Below, piece by piece: positions 10,256 through 19,024 of a DNA stretch of 64,000 bases. Location: positions 192,001-256,000 of the forward strand of contig CAWGMA010000004.1 of the NCBI GenBank assembly GCA_963823555.1, read 5' to 3'. Source of the DNA: Candidatus Eiseniibacteriota bacterium (GTDB lineage: Bacteria > Eisenbacteria > RBG-16-71-46 > CAVPCR01). The position numbers and the translations under genes are program-made. The notes beneath the pieces are model-generated. The model was not told the origin of the DNA. It ran no database searches and saw only the letters and a list, made by a program, of their open reading frames with translations. Position 1 is the stretch's first letter. Each line of letters opens with the position of its first letter.

Positions 10256-10358
10256 GCCCCCTTCCGTAAGAGGAGGGGCCGAGTTTTGGGCGACCAAGGG
10301 CGCGGTAACGCGGAGTTGCGGCCACTCCGCGACCGCCCCGAGGTCGCCCTTTCTTCTT
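10256..10358 (+). ncRNA. Candidate structured small RNA or leader
   Basis: Hairpin CCCTTCC-GTAAGA-GGAGGGG, then a 62-nt three-segment hairpin 10288..10349, then TTTCTTCTT. Confidence 0.5.
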
Positions 10359-10441
10359 CAGGGGATGTTCACCGGCGGGGCATATACCCCAGCCGGGAGG
10401 TTCCAGTCGCCTGCGGTGTCATCAGCTCGATCGGGGAGGAA

Positions 10442-10648
10442 ATGACCATGGGAATCAAGTGGGTGGACACGCGTGAGATTGTCGAGTTGTTGCTCGAAAA
10501 GCACCCCGACGTCGATCCGATGGCGGTGCGCTTCACGGATCTTCATCGTTGGGTCTGCGAACTGCCCGGATTCGACGATGATCCCATGCGTTCGAACGAG
10601 AAGATCCTCGAAGCCATCCAGATGATGTGGCTCGATGAGGTGGACTGA
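10442..10648 (+). CDS. iscX: Fe-S assembly protein IscX
   Basis: [33 protein letters not shown]. Confidence 0.95.
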   Translation: MTMGIKWVDTREIVELLLEKHPDVDPMAVRFTDLHRWVCELPGFDDDPMRSNEKILEAIQMMWLDEVD

Positions 10649-10828
10649 GATGGAGAAAGTGAGCGGGGGCAACGCGTGTGGGTAATTTGGCCCCCACAAA
10701 TCACTTGTCTCGGAATGAGCTGGTAGCGTACGATGATGGAGGTCGCGGCCGAACGGGCGCCGCCCCGAGCGGCCCCAGATGCCTCGACTTCCCAGTCGAT
10801 CTCGCGCTCCTCCAGAACCGGACCGACC

Positions 10829-11254
10829 ATGGCGACCACCCGCAAGCTCTTCACCGTCGAGGAAGCCAACGCCCTCGTTCCCTATCTCCAGAAGACGATC
10901 GACACGTTGCAGCACCAGGTTCGCGATGTGGTCCGGCTCAAGCGGCAGATCGAAGTCCTGAAGCTGATCTGCGATTCCCCGGTGAGTCAGCACAACGTAG
11001 ATTTCCAGGAGTTTCAGCAAAAATCGGCGCTATATCACCAACTCATCGGACAGGCGGATGCACTCATCCGCGAGGTGCGCGCCAAGGGTTGTCTGCTGCG
11101 TGATGTTCATACCGGCATCGTCGATTTCTATGCGGAGATCGATGGGCGCGTCGTCTTTCTCTGCTGGCGACGGGGCGAACCGGACATCGCTTACTGGCAC
11201 CCCGTCGGCGAAGGCTACGGACAGCGCCGGAGCATCTCCGGATTGAGGTCCTGA
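10829..11254 (+). CDS. DUF2203-like protein
   Basis: FTVEEANALVP, GIVDF, LCWRRGE, YWH, GYGQRR. Confidence 0.8.
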   Translation: MATTRKLFTVEEANALVPYLQKTIDTLQHQVRDVVRLKRQIEVLKLICDSPVSQHNVDFQEFQQKSALYHQLIGQADALIREVRAKGCLLRDVHTGIVDFYAEIDGRVVFLCWRRGEPDIAYWHPVGEGYGQRRSISGLRS

Positions 11255-11361
11255 CCTCCGGACTCGTGGCCCGGCTCGGAGCCCTTGGCCCTCTTTTCCC
11301 GCCCTCCCGACTTCTTCACCGGCGCATCCGGATGGTAGGTCTGCCATGATGCGGCCGGGCT

Positions 11362-11409
11362 TTGACATTGACATCCGCCGAAGGCCAGTGCTATTTGTTG
11401 ATGTGTCAA
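11362..11409 (+). promoter_or_regulatory. Sigma-70 promoter region with tandem and inverted TTGACA
   Basis: TTGACATTGACA, TGcTATTTG extended -10, and TGTCAA at 11404. Confidence 0.5.
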
Positions 11410-11524
11410 TCGATTCAGGACGTTACCTGCTGTCTCTCAACTGTTCAGAAAACAAGAGACCGACTTCAGGGAGTATCGATCAGGTGCCTCGAGCGTCATG
11501 GACGTGAGGTGCGGGGAGGAGATC

Positions 11525-12406
11525 GTGCCGCGGCTCAACTACAACGCTAGCCAGCTGGAGGAGAAGGCGCTGGACGTGCGCCGGAACATCGTCACCGCGC
11601 TGGCGCTCCATCCGATCGTTCCCGCGGCTGGAGCGCTCGCCGGCGCCGACCTCCTGACCACTCTCTTCTTCTACGAGATCAACTTCAAGCTCGACCAGCT
11701 CGACTGGGCTGAGCGCGACATCTGGCATGTGTCCTCTCGGGTTCTGGCCCCTGCGCTGCACGCAGTGATGGCCGAGGTCGGCTATTTCCCCCGGCGCGAT
11801 CTCCTTCGGCTCGGGGATGTCGGGCATCACCTCGGGAGTCTTCCCACATCGCTCACCCCGGGTGTCGAGGTGTCTGCGGGTGCACCGGGCGCCGGTCTCT
11901 CGATCGCCTTGGGGATCGCGCTTGCTTCGCGCCTCGACGCGAATCCGCGACGCGTTTATTGCGTCATGGACGACGAGGAGATCCAGACCGGTCAGGCTTG
12001 GGAAGCAGCGATGGCTGCCGCCCAGTTCGAACTCGACAACATCGTGCTGGCCGTGGATCTCGATGGGAGACAATCCGACGGCGACATCGAGGAGATCGTG
12101 GGTCTGGCGCCGCTGGCCGAGAAGTTCAGGACCTTCAACTGGCATGTCCTCGAGGTCGACGGCAACGATCTGGCCGAGCTTGTCGAGACCTTCAACCGGT
12201 CGCGCAGCCTGCGCCGTGCGCCGACGGTCATCCTGAGCTGCACGGCCAGCGGCCGTGGCGTCAGCCGGCTCGAGGAGGCGGCTGAACCAGTGCCCACGGC
12301 CATCGACGCGGATGCGCTCCACGAACTGGGGACGACGCTCGAGGACTGGCGACACCGGCTTGAGGCTGGGGACGAATCGAAGACAGGGGGAGGAGGCCGA
12401 CGTTGA
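11525..12406 (+). CDS. Transketolase N-terminal subunit homolog, catalytically degenerate
   Basis: TPGVE, GQAWEAAM, ELDN, FRTFNWHVLEVDGND scaffold retained; GDGE replaced by DDEE and conserved His residues absent; GTG start after GGAGGAG. Confidence 0.85.
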   Translation: MPRLNYNASQLEEKALDVRRNIVTALALHPIVPAAGALAGADLLTTLFFYEINFKLDQLDWAERDIWHVSSRVLAPALHAVMAEVGYFPRRDLLRLGDVGHHLGSLPTSLTPGVEVSAGAPGAGLSIALGIALASRLDANPRRVYCVMDDEEIQTGQAWEAAMAAAQFELDNIVLAVDLDGRQSDGDIEEIVGLAPLAEKFRTFNWHVLEVDGNDLAELVETFNRSRSLRRAPTVILSCTASGRGVSRLEEAAEPVPTAIDADALHELGTTLEDWRHRLEAGDESKTGGGGRR

Positions 12407-13392
12407 ACGAGACGAACATGCCGACTCAGGATGTCGGGGTCGCGGCCGCGGAGAAGGTCCCCGGTCGCTCACCCGGGGACGCCTTCATCCAGCGGCTCGT
12501 GGAACTGGCCGCTCATGACCCTCGCCTCACCCTGCTGACGGCTGATCTCGCCCTCGAGGATCGTCTGGGTCCGTTCGCCGAGGCTCATCCCGAGCGCTTC
12601 CACAATCTGGGGGCGGCGGTGCGCAATGCCATCGGAGTGGCGGCCGGAATGGCGGCTGCCGGGAAGGTGCCTGTCGTCGTCGTGAGGGGGGATGCCGTGG
12701 CGGGGGCGGCCGATCTGGTGGCCAGCTTGGCCCACAGCCGGCTCCCTGTGCTGGTGGTCGCCATGCCATCCGGTTTCGAGTGTCGAGCGGCAGGGAGTCC
12801 TCTGGCGTTCGCCGATCTGGCGGCGATGCTCGCCATCCCCGGGCTTCGCGTCGTGGCGCCGGCGGATGCCGACCACAGTGCGATGGCGTTGCCTGCCCTC
12901 CTGGCTGCCCCCGGGCCGACCTACTTCCGCCTCAAGCGGGATCCGCATCCTGTCCTCTTCACCTCAGAGGCGCCGCTCGAGCTCGGGGTCGCCGCGCAGG
13001 TCCGAGATGGCAGGGATCTCACCCTTGTCGCCGCCGGTGGCCTGGCCGCGGAGGCGCTGGAGGCGTGCTCGCTCCTCGAGGCCGAGGGTCTGAAGCCCCG
13101 GCTGCTCGTCATGGAGACCCTCAAGCCGCTCGATACGGCGGCGGTCCGCCTCGCCGCCAGGGAGACCGGGGGTCTTGTGATTGCAGAGGACCACCTCCTC
13201 AGCGGAGGGTTGGGGGCGGCGATCGCCCAGGATCTGGCCCGGTTCCACCCCGTCCCGATCGAGTTCGTGGCCGTTTCGGACGAGGTGGATCCTGCTCACG
13301 GCTCAGAAGCAGCGAGCCTCCAAGCCGCCTATCACGTCGATCCTCAGGCCATGGCGGCCGCAGCCCGGAAGCTCCGGGGGCGGATGCGCTAG
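12403..13392 (+). CDS. Transketolase C-terminal subunit homolog, degenerate
   Basis: HPERF, AAGMAAAG, PAD, GPTYFRL, TLKPLD, EDH..GGLG retained; GIAEQ replaced by GAAVR; 4-bp overlap with upstream gene. Confidence 0.85.
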   Translation: MNETNMPTQDVGVAAAEKVPGRSPGDAFIQRLVELAAHDPRLTLLTADLALEDRLGPFAEAHPERFHNLGAAVRNAIGVAAGMAAAGKVPVVVVRGDAVAGAADLVASLAHSRLPVLVVAMPSGFECRAAGSPLAFADLAAMLAIPGLRVVAPADADHSAMALPALLAAPGPTYFRLKRDPHPVLFTSEAPLELGVAAQVRDGRDLTLVAAGGLAAEALEACSLLEAEGLKPRLLVMETLKPLDTAAVRLAARETGGLVIAEDHLLSGGLGAAIAQDLARFHPVPIEFVAVSDEVDPAHGSEAASLQAAYHVDPQAMAAAARKLRGRMR

Positions 13393-13493
13393 CTGGCCCC
13401 GGGGGGCCACTGGGGGACGGCGGGGCCCGAACAGAGCATGCTCGTTGAAGGTGATAGGATGTGGAGAGTCGGGGCCGACAGGGAGGACCTTCG

Positions 13494-13910
13494 ATGCCCG
13501 GTCACACCTCGCGTGACGCCGCCGATCCGCCGAGGATCGATCGCGCCGGCCTGATCAAGAAGATCTCGCTTACCATCGTCCACGTATCCGATCTCCAGCG
13601 CGCGGTCCACTTCTACCACGACCTGCTCGGCCTCAAGCTCATTGCCCGTACCTCGGAGTGGGCCGAGTTCATGGTCGGAGATTGCCGTCTGGCGCTCCAG
13701 TCCGGCGCCGATCCCACAATCGAGCTGTCGCATCGAGCCGCGGGCTATGTGAGCTTCAGCTTCGAAGTGGATGATGTCGTCGAGGCCTACGAGGTTCTGA
13801 AGGCCGCCGGGGTCGAGTTCATCCGCCCGCCGGCTGAGCAGGACTTCGGCATGCTGGCGGTGATGCGCGATCCCGATGGTCGCGAGATCATGCTCTTCGA
13901 GCCCAGCTAG
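13494..13910 (+). CDS. VOC/glyoxalase family protein
   Basis: VSDLQRAVHFYHDLLGL, FEVDDV, RDPDG. Confidence 0.88.
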   Translation: MPGHTSRDAADPPRIDRAGLIKKISLTIVHVSDLQRAVHFYHDLLGLKLIARTSEWAEFMVGDCRLALQSGADPTIELSHRAAGYVSFSFEVDDVVEAYEVLKAAGVEFIRPPAEQDFGMLAVMRDPDGREIMLFEPS

Positions 13911-13970
13911 GTCCGAGCAAGGTCCATTCTCACGCGCGCTGGTCGCGCGGATCGTCTCCGGAGGTGAGGC

Positions 13971-14310
13971 ATGCGCATCACGGTCCAGGAGGAATTCGAG
14001 GGCGGAGTGATCCTCGCCCTCCAGGGTGATATCGTTGGTGGTCCGCACGCCGATGATTTCTACAAGACCATCCACGATCTAATCGAGAGTGGCAAGACCA
14101 CGGTCCTCATCGACCTGGCCAAGGCCAAGCGCTCGAACTCCTCCGGTCTCGGCATTCTGATCCGGGGCTACGTTTCCCTCCGGAACGCGGGCGGGACGAT
14201 GCGCGTCTACAATCTGACCGAGCACGTCGATCACATGTTCAAGATCACGCGCTTCAATTCCATCCTCGAGGTGTATGACACCGAGGAAGAAGCGCGGCGG
14301 GGTCGGGCCG
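13971..14310 (+). CDS. STAS-domain anti-sigma factor antagonist (end approximate; stop appears lost)
   Basis: RBS GGAGGTGAGG; LIDLA..NSSGLGIL, FKITRF, YDTEEEA; ORF then reads through into an antisense gene. Confidence 0.8.
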
Positions 14311-14345
14311 AGCCCTTCCCGACCCGGTCACCCCCCGCCCGTTCG

Positions 14346-15344
14346 CTACGCCGTGTTCGTGCCTTGCCGCGCTTCGGCGACGAGAGCGCCGAGGATCCGG
14401 CGCAGGTAGACCCCGACCATCCGCTTGCGATAGGTCGGGCTCAGCGGCACGTTGTTGTACGGTTTCACGCGAGCCATGACCTGATCGGCGATCTCCGCCA
14501 GCATTTCCGGGTTCGGGTCCTTCCCGCAGAAGCTCGCGGTGAGTTCCTCGAAGGTGCGCGGCGTCGTGTCGACGGCACCTACTGCCGACGTGCAGCTCGG
14601 CCAGGCGGCCCCCGGCATCGAGCCGGAGCGACCGCGGCGGCCCCCATGGCCGGAAAGTCGATCGCGTCGCGGATGCGGAGCTTCGATGTAGCCGGCGGCG
14701 AGCCGGCGAGCGGCGGGCGGGATGTCGATGAAGGTGAGCAACTCATCGGCATGCCGCCCATGGCGGGCGATGCCGTCGTGGCGGTAGAACTCCCGGATCG
14801 GTACCGTCCGCTCGCCGGATGCCGACCGGAAGTGGAGTTCGGCGTCCAGCGTGATCAGGACCGGGGCGAGGTCGCTCGAGTTGGTCGCGTAGCACACCTC
14901 CTTCTGCGGCACCACCAGGCAGACGTCCCCCTCGGCCTTGAGGCAGTACCCCTTCGACTCACGCCAGAAGAGGCTCTGGTTGAAGTAGAAGCAGCGTGTA
15001 TCGAGCAGGAGATTGCCCCCCAGGGTCGCTTGTTCGATGATGAGGGGTGAGGCAACCTGGGCGGCCGTCTCGGCGATGACGCGGAGCTCGCTCCGGATGG
15101 TCGGGTGGCGGGCCAGGTCGGCAAGCCGGGCCATCGCGCCGAGACGCTCGGGGGTGATGGCGCGGAGTTCCGCGATCTGTTCCAGGCTCACGACGTGCGG
15201 TTTGGCGTTCAACCCCTGCTTGTAGTTGGGGAGGAGGTCGGAGCCTCCGGCCAGGACATCGCAACCGCGGCCGTGGCGGGCCAGGAGTTGAACGGCCTCC
15301 TCGATGGTGCGGGGCTGATGCAGTTCGAAGGGGGGAAGAATCAT
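14346..15344 (-). CDS. FAD-binding subunit, xanthine dehydrogenase family, HcrB-like with [4Fe-4S] insert; three local frameshifts
   Basis: LAGGSDL, ATLGGNL, RCFYFNQSLFWR..YCLK..DVC..VCYA..SSD; KLRIRDAIDFP lies in another frame. Confidence 0.85.
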   Translation of the reverse strand: MILPPFELHQPRTIEEAVQLLARHGRGCDVLAGGSDLLPNYKQGLNAKPHVVSLEQIAELRAITPERLGAMARLADLARHPTIRSELRVIAETAAQVASPLIIEQATLGGNLLLDTRCFYFNQSLFWRESKGYCLKAEGDVCLVVPQKEVCYATNSSDLAPVLITLDAELHFRSASGERTVPIREFYRHDGIARHGRHADELLTFIDIPPAARRLAAGYIEAPHPRRDRLSGHGGRRGRSGSMPGAAWPSCTSAVGAVDTTPRTFEELTASFCGKDPNPEMLAEIADQVMARVKPYNNVPLSPTYRKRMVGVYLRRILGALVAEARQGTNTA

Positions 15345-15438
15345 GATCGGAGCGCATTCTAGCCCAAAGCCCGGAGCTTGGGGGCCGGGAGCCATCCGGG
15401 TCTTCCCCGGGCCCAGGCCGTTCGCGGACGGCCTGGCG

Positions 15439-16785
15439 TCAGGGCTCGGTGCCGAGCCAGGTGGCCAGGGGCTCCACGTCCTTCTCGAGGACGAGCGTCC
15501 CGTCCGGCTCGAGAGCCACGGCGCGGCCGGTGGGGCGCATGAAGCGGTGGGCGTAGCTCAAGGTGTATGCGCCCTGGTTCAGGTAGGCGAGCACATCGCC
15601 CGTACGCGGTGGGGCGCCGAGGATCCCATCACCGAGGAAATCTCCCGGATCGCACAGCGACCCGTAGCAAGGCATGGCGGCCGGCGCCAGATCGCCGGGA
15701 CTGGAGAGGTTCACGACCGGGAACGCCTCGGTTCCGAATCGATCGTAGCCAACGAGGCTGGTCGAGCCGTCGAGGATCGCCATGCCCTCCTTCACGGTAT
15801 AGACGCGCATGAGGAGGTGCATGGCCTTGGCCACGAGGAAACGTCCCGGCTCGATCGCCGCCGTGACCCCGGCGACCCAGGGAAAGCGCTCGCGCGCCCA
15901 GGCGAAGGCCGCGCCCAGGCCGGCCATGTTGTCGGCGAGCGGTGCGGGTGGCGGAGCGTCGGCGGCGTACCGGATGCCCCCGAGCTGACTCGACGCGCTC
16001 GTGCCTGGCTCGTGCGTCGGTGCCTCGCGCTGCGCGCTCTCGCCCTGAGGAACGAGTCCGCCACCCAGGTTGACGAGCTCGATCCTCCGCTTTCCCTCGG
16101 CCGTGAGTGCGCGATCGACCGCCGGCAAGATCTCCTCGAGCAGACGCCGGTAGTGCCCGGGTTCGGGAACCGGTCCGCCGTGGATATGGAGGCCCGTGAG
16201 GTCCAGCCGGGCCGCGCGCAACAGCGGTAGAAACTCGGCGAGCTCGTCGGCGGCGACACCGAAGCGGGCCCATGGCGTGCGCTTGACCCGCGGCGGCCGG
16301 AGCCGGATCCCGATCGGCCAGCGCGTGGTGCCATGGGCATCGAGCCGGGCCCGGAGGGTCTCGACCTCGTTCCGGTTGTCGATCTGGATCACGATGCGTC
16401 CGGGGTGCGCGAGCGCGAGATCGATCTCCGCCGCCGTCATCGCCGGCCCGTTGAGCGTGATTCGCTCGGCTCCCACCGCCAGCGCTAGCTCGAGTTCGGG
16501 GAGGCCGCCCACTTCGGCGCCGAATCCGAGGGATGTGAGCTCACGCAGCACGCGCGGCAGGTAGTTCGCCTTGTAGGCGTAGAGGATCGTTGCCGGCTGC
16601 CCGATCCCGGCCATCGCCTGACGCAGCGCGCCCGCGTTGGCGCGGAGGGCGCGCACATCGAGCAAGTACTGCGGCGTGCCGAAGCGCTCGACGCTGGCGA
16701 GGGCCTGTTCGCGAACGGCAAGGAAGCGCCGAGCCTCCGTGGCGAACGGATCGCCGGCGGCTGTGGTCCGGGCCGAATCGCTCAT
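15439..16785 (-). CDS. PLP-dependent fold-III decarboxylase (LysA/ODC-like)
   Basis: YAYKAN, HIHGG, NLGGG, EPGR, GSLCDPGD, GAYT. Confidence 0.88.
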   Translation of the reverse strand: MSDSARTTAAGDPFATEARRFLAVREQALASVERFGTPQYLLDVRALRANAGALRQAMAGIGQPATILYAYKANYLPRVLRELTSLGFGAEVGGLPELELALAVGAERITLNGPAMTAAEIDLALAHPGRIVIQIDNRNEVETLRARLDAHGTTRWPIGIRLRPPRVKRTPWARFGVAADELAEFLPLLRAARLDLTGLHIHGGPVPEPGHYRRLLEEILPAVDRALTAEGKRRIELVNLGGGLVPQGESAQREAPTHEPGTSASSQLGGIRYAADAPPPAPLADNMAGLGAAFAWARERFPWVAGVTAAIEPGRFLVAKAMHLLMRVYTVKEGMAILDGSTSLVGYDRFGTEAFPVVNLSSPGDLAPAAMPCYGSLCDPGDFLGDGILGAPPRTGDVLAYLNQGAYTLSYAHRFMRPTGRAVALEPDGTLVLEKDVEPLATWLGTEP

Positions 16786-17630
16786 GGTTTGACGGCGGTC
16801 ACCTGCAGGTGCTCGCCGCAGTCGCGATAGGGCGGCACCCGAGCCACCTTGAGCTCGAGATCGAGGGCGCGCGCGAAGTAGTCGGGGTCCGCCAGCCGGC
16901 GCTCGGCTTCGGCCCGCGGCAGATGGTTGTGCAGGACCGGCTTGCCGAGGGCGTCATGACGCACGAGACCGCAGGCAGCGAGCAGGCGATCGAGCTCGTC
17001 GAGTGTGAAGCCGTGCGTTCCATGCTCGTGGAAAACGTTCTCGTAGCCGTCGGCCAGGAGTCGCTCGACATGATCGAGGCCACCCTCGAGCGCGTGTCCG
17101 ATGAGGCCAGGCCGACTGTCGAGCCCGATCACGATCGGGCATCCCCGCTTGAGCACGCGGGCGAGCTCGCGCAGACAGTCCTCTCCGAATCCGAGCATGG
17201 TGCAGATCGAGATCGGGTCCCCCTCGCACAGGATCAGGTCGAAAGTGCCGTCGGCGAACATCGTGAGTTGGCGCAGATCGGCATGATGGATCCGCACGCG
17301 CTCGGTGAGCGCGGCCTTGGCCACGCGGGCTCGCGCCACGTCGAGCATCGACGGCGACAGGTCCACGAGATCGATCAACGCGCTCGTGGCCTGCTGTGCC
17401 ATGGTGAGGGCCCAGAGACCGTAGCCGCCACCGGCATCGAGGATGCGCGCCCCGGGGGACCGGGGCAGGAGTGGCTTCAGGGCCTCCCAGGTGATCGCAT
17501 CGTAGAGACGCCAGTAGTGCGTCTCGTACTCGTCCGGCATATCCCCGGCTCGCCCATCATAGTAGGCGCGGATCGGGGCCAGCATCGGATCGGGCGTGGC
17601 GGCAGTCGGATTGGGATCGTTGCTCGTCAC
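16782..17630 (-). CDS. Class I SAM-dependent methyltransferase
   Basis: ILDAGGGYG, VDLSPSML, FDLI, RVLK. Confidence 0.9.
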   Translation of the reverse strand: MTSNDPNPTAATPDPMLAPIRAYYDGRAGDMPDEYETHYWRLYDAITWEALKPLLPRSPGARILDAGGGYGLWALTMAQQATSALIDLVDLSPSMLDVARARVAKAALTERVRIHHADLRQLTMFADGTFDLILCEGDPISICTMLGFGEDCLRELARVLKRGCPIVIGLDSRPGLIGHALEGGLDHVERLLADGYENVFHEHGTHGFTLDELDRLLAACGLVRHDALGKPVLHNHLPRAEAERRLADPDYFARALDLELKVARVPPYRDCGEHLQVTAVKP

Positions 17631-17639
17631 GGGTCTGAC

Positions 17640-18890
17640 CTAGCGTCCGCGTGGAGCTGCGCTGCGCGCCGCCGCTCGCTCCGAGCGCTCGCTGCTCATG
17701 CGGGTCCGTCCCGCGACCGAGCTCCGCGCTGACTTCGCCTGCCGGGCCTGGCGGTGGGCTCCTCGCCCGCCGGCGCCGGCCGATGCCAGGGTGGGACCGT
17801 CGAGGTGCTTCTGGAGAGCCGCGAGTCCCGGCTCGATGAACCGGCGCAGCGACGCGATGCGCCCGTCACTGAAGCAAGCGGCGAATCCGGGCTGCCGCCG
17901 GTAGTCCTCGACGGCATTCCACAGGACCAAGCCGATCATGTGGTCGAAGTCGATGCCCCACGAGCTGGCGGCGATCGCGAGGAACGACTCGGTCGCCGAG
18001 ATATCGGGAAGCGGATTCATCTCGATCAGCCAGAAGCGCCGGCCGTCGTCGATGAATTCCATGCGGTTGTAGTGCCGGGCGCCGAGGGCGACATGGGCCC
18101 TCCAGGCGAGGCGCTTGAGCTCGACCAAACGGTCGGCCGGAAGCGACGGTCTCTCGACGTAGTCGATCTCACCGTGTTTCACCCGGTGGCTGCGCACCAG
18201 CGGACTGCCGGGCATCTTCTCCAGGTCGACCGAGACCGGATCCAGAACGTGATTGCCGAGAACGCCGAGCGCGAGCTCCGGCCCGCGCACGAACTCCTCG
18301 ATCATCCAGGCGGTGCCGTACTGCTCACGGACCCGGGCGACAGCTTGTTCGAGCTGCTTCCGGTTCATTGCCACCGATGCGTCGTCGATGCCCATGCTCG
18401 AGCCTTCCGCGGCGGGCTTGACGATGCAGGGGTAGCGGATGCGGGCGATCGCCTGGTCGGTGTCGGTGAAGGTGCGTGGAATCGGTACGCCATTGGCCGC
18501 GGCCACCGCCTTGGCCATGCGCTTGTCCATGGTGACGGCGAGCGTGAGGAAGCTCGATCCGGTGAAGGGAAGGCCGAGGCTGGCGCAAGTGAAGGGGAGG
18601 ACGGACTCGCGGCTGGCTGTTCCCAGATCGATTCCGGGAACCATCTCCACATTGTTGAAGACGATATCGAATTCTCGGCGCAGCCGGGAGAGGTCTTCGT
18701 GGATCGTCGAAGCCGCATCGTAGGGCTCGACGACACAGCCGGCGGCGCGCATGGCATCCATCACGGCCCGAGCATCGTTGGGATCTTCCCACTCGTAGTA
18801 CTGCTCGCTGTCCGTGCCGGCGGGGCGGAGGTTGCACGCGTAGAGGACGCGGAGGGGGTCGGCGGCGGAACGGCGTGAGATCTGGATCAT
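17640..18890 (-). CDS. ATP-grasp ligase (D-Ala-D-Ala ligase-like)
   Basis: PFTGS, MDK, VKPAAEGSSMGI, EEFVRGPE, IEMNPLP. Confidence 0.88.
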   Translation of the reverse strand: MIQISRRSAADPLRVLYACNLRPAGTDSEQYYEWEDPNDARAVMDAMRAAGCVVEPYDAASTIHEDLSRLRREFDIVFNNVEMVPGIDLGTASRESVLPFTCASLGLPFTGSSFLTLAVTMDKRMAKAVAAANGVPIPRTFTDTDQAIARIRYPCIVKPAAEGSSMGIDDASVAMNRKQLEQAVARVREQYGTAWMIEEFVRGPELALGVLGNHVLDPVSVDLEKMPGSPLVRSHRVKHGEIDYVERPSLPADRLVELKRLAWRAHVALGARHYNRMEFIDDGRRFWLIEMNPLPDISATESFLAIAASSWGIDFDHMIGLVLWNAVEDYRRQPGFAACFSDGRIASLRRFIEPGLAALQKHLDGPTLASAGAGGRGAHRQARQAKSARSSVAGRTRMSSERSERAAARSAAPRGR

Positions 18891-19024
18891 TGTGTAGGTA
18901 GCCTCGCTGCAGCGGGCTCGTAGACGAGCACGGTGCGATGGGGAATGGGACGGTAGCGCAGGCCCAAGAGATCACGGACCGCGAGCGAGTTGATCCTTCT
19001 CAGAGAACGGGTGACGGTGCGCAT
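18887..19024 (-). CDS. 45-aa Arg-rich small peptide coupled to the ATP-grasp gene
   Basis: GGAG 7 nt before ATG; mostly G/C-ending codons; stop overlaps next start (ATGA). Confidence 0.5.
   Translation of the reverse strand: MRTVTRSLRRINSLAVRDLLGLRYRPIPHRTVLVYEPAAARLPTQ

Noticed and set aside
8288..10297. 669-aa antisense ORF
   Set aside because: Well-known antisense shadow ORF of Hsp70-family genes; it lies opposite hscA
10400..10430. SRLRCHQ as a ferredoxin relic (resembling SRLxCQ)
   Set aside because: Very short match with no upstream Cys cluster; likely chance
11400..11520. TPP riboswitch upstream of the transketolase-like genes
   Set aside because: The conserved CUGAGA and AGCGUAGG elements were not found
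13971..15050. 359-aa STAS fusion protein
   Set aside because: The extension is antisense to the FAD-subunit gene and is best explained by a lost stop codon
15439..18890. Housekeeping lysA and ddl assignments
   Set aside because: Divergent motifs and an atypical operon context, so gene symbols were withheld
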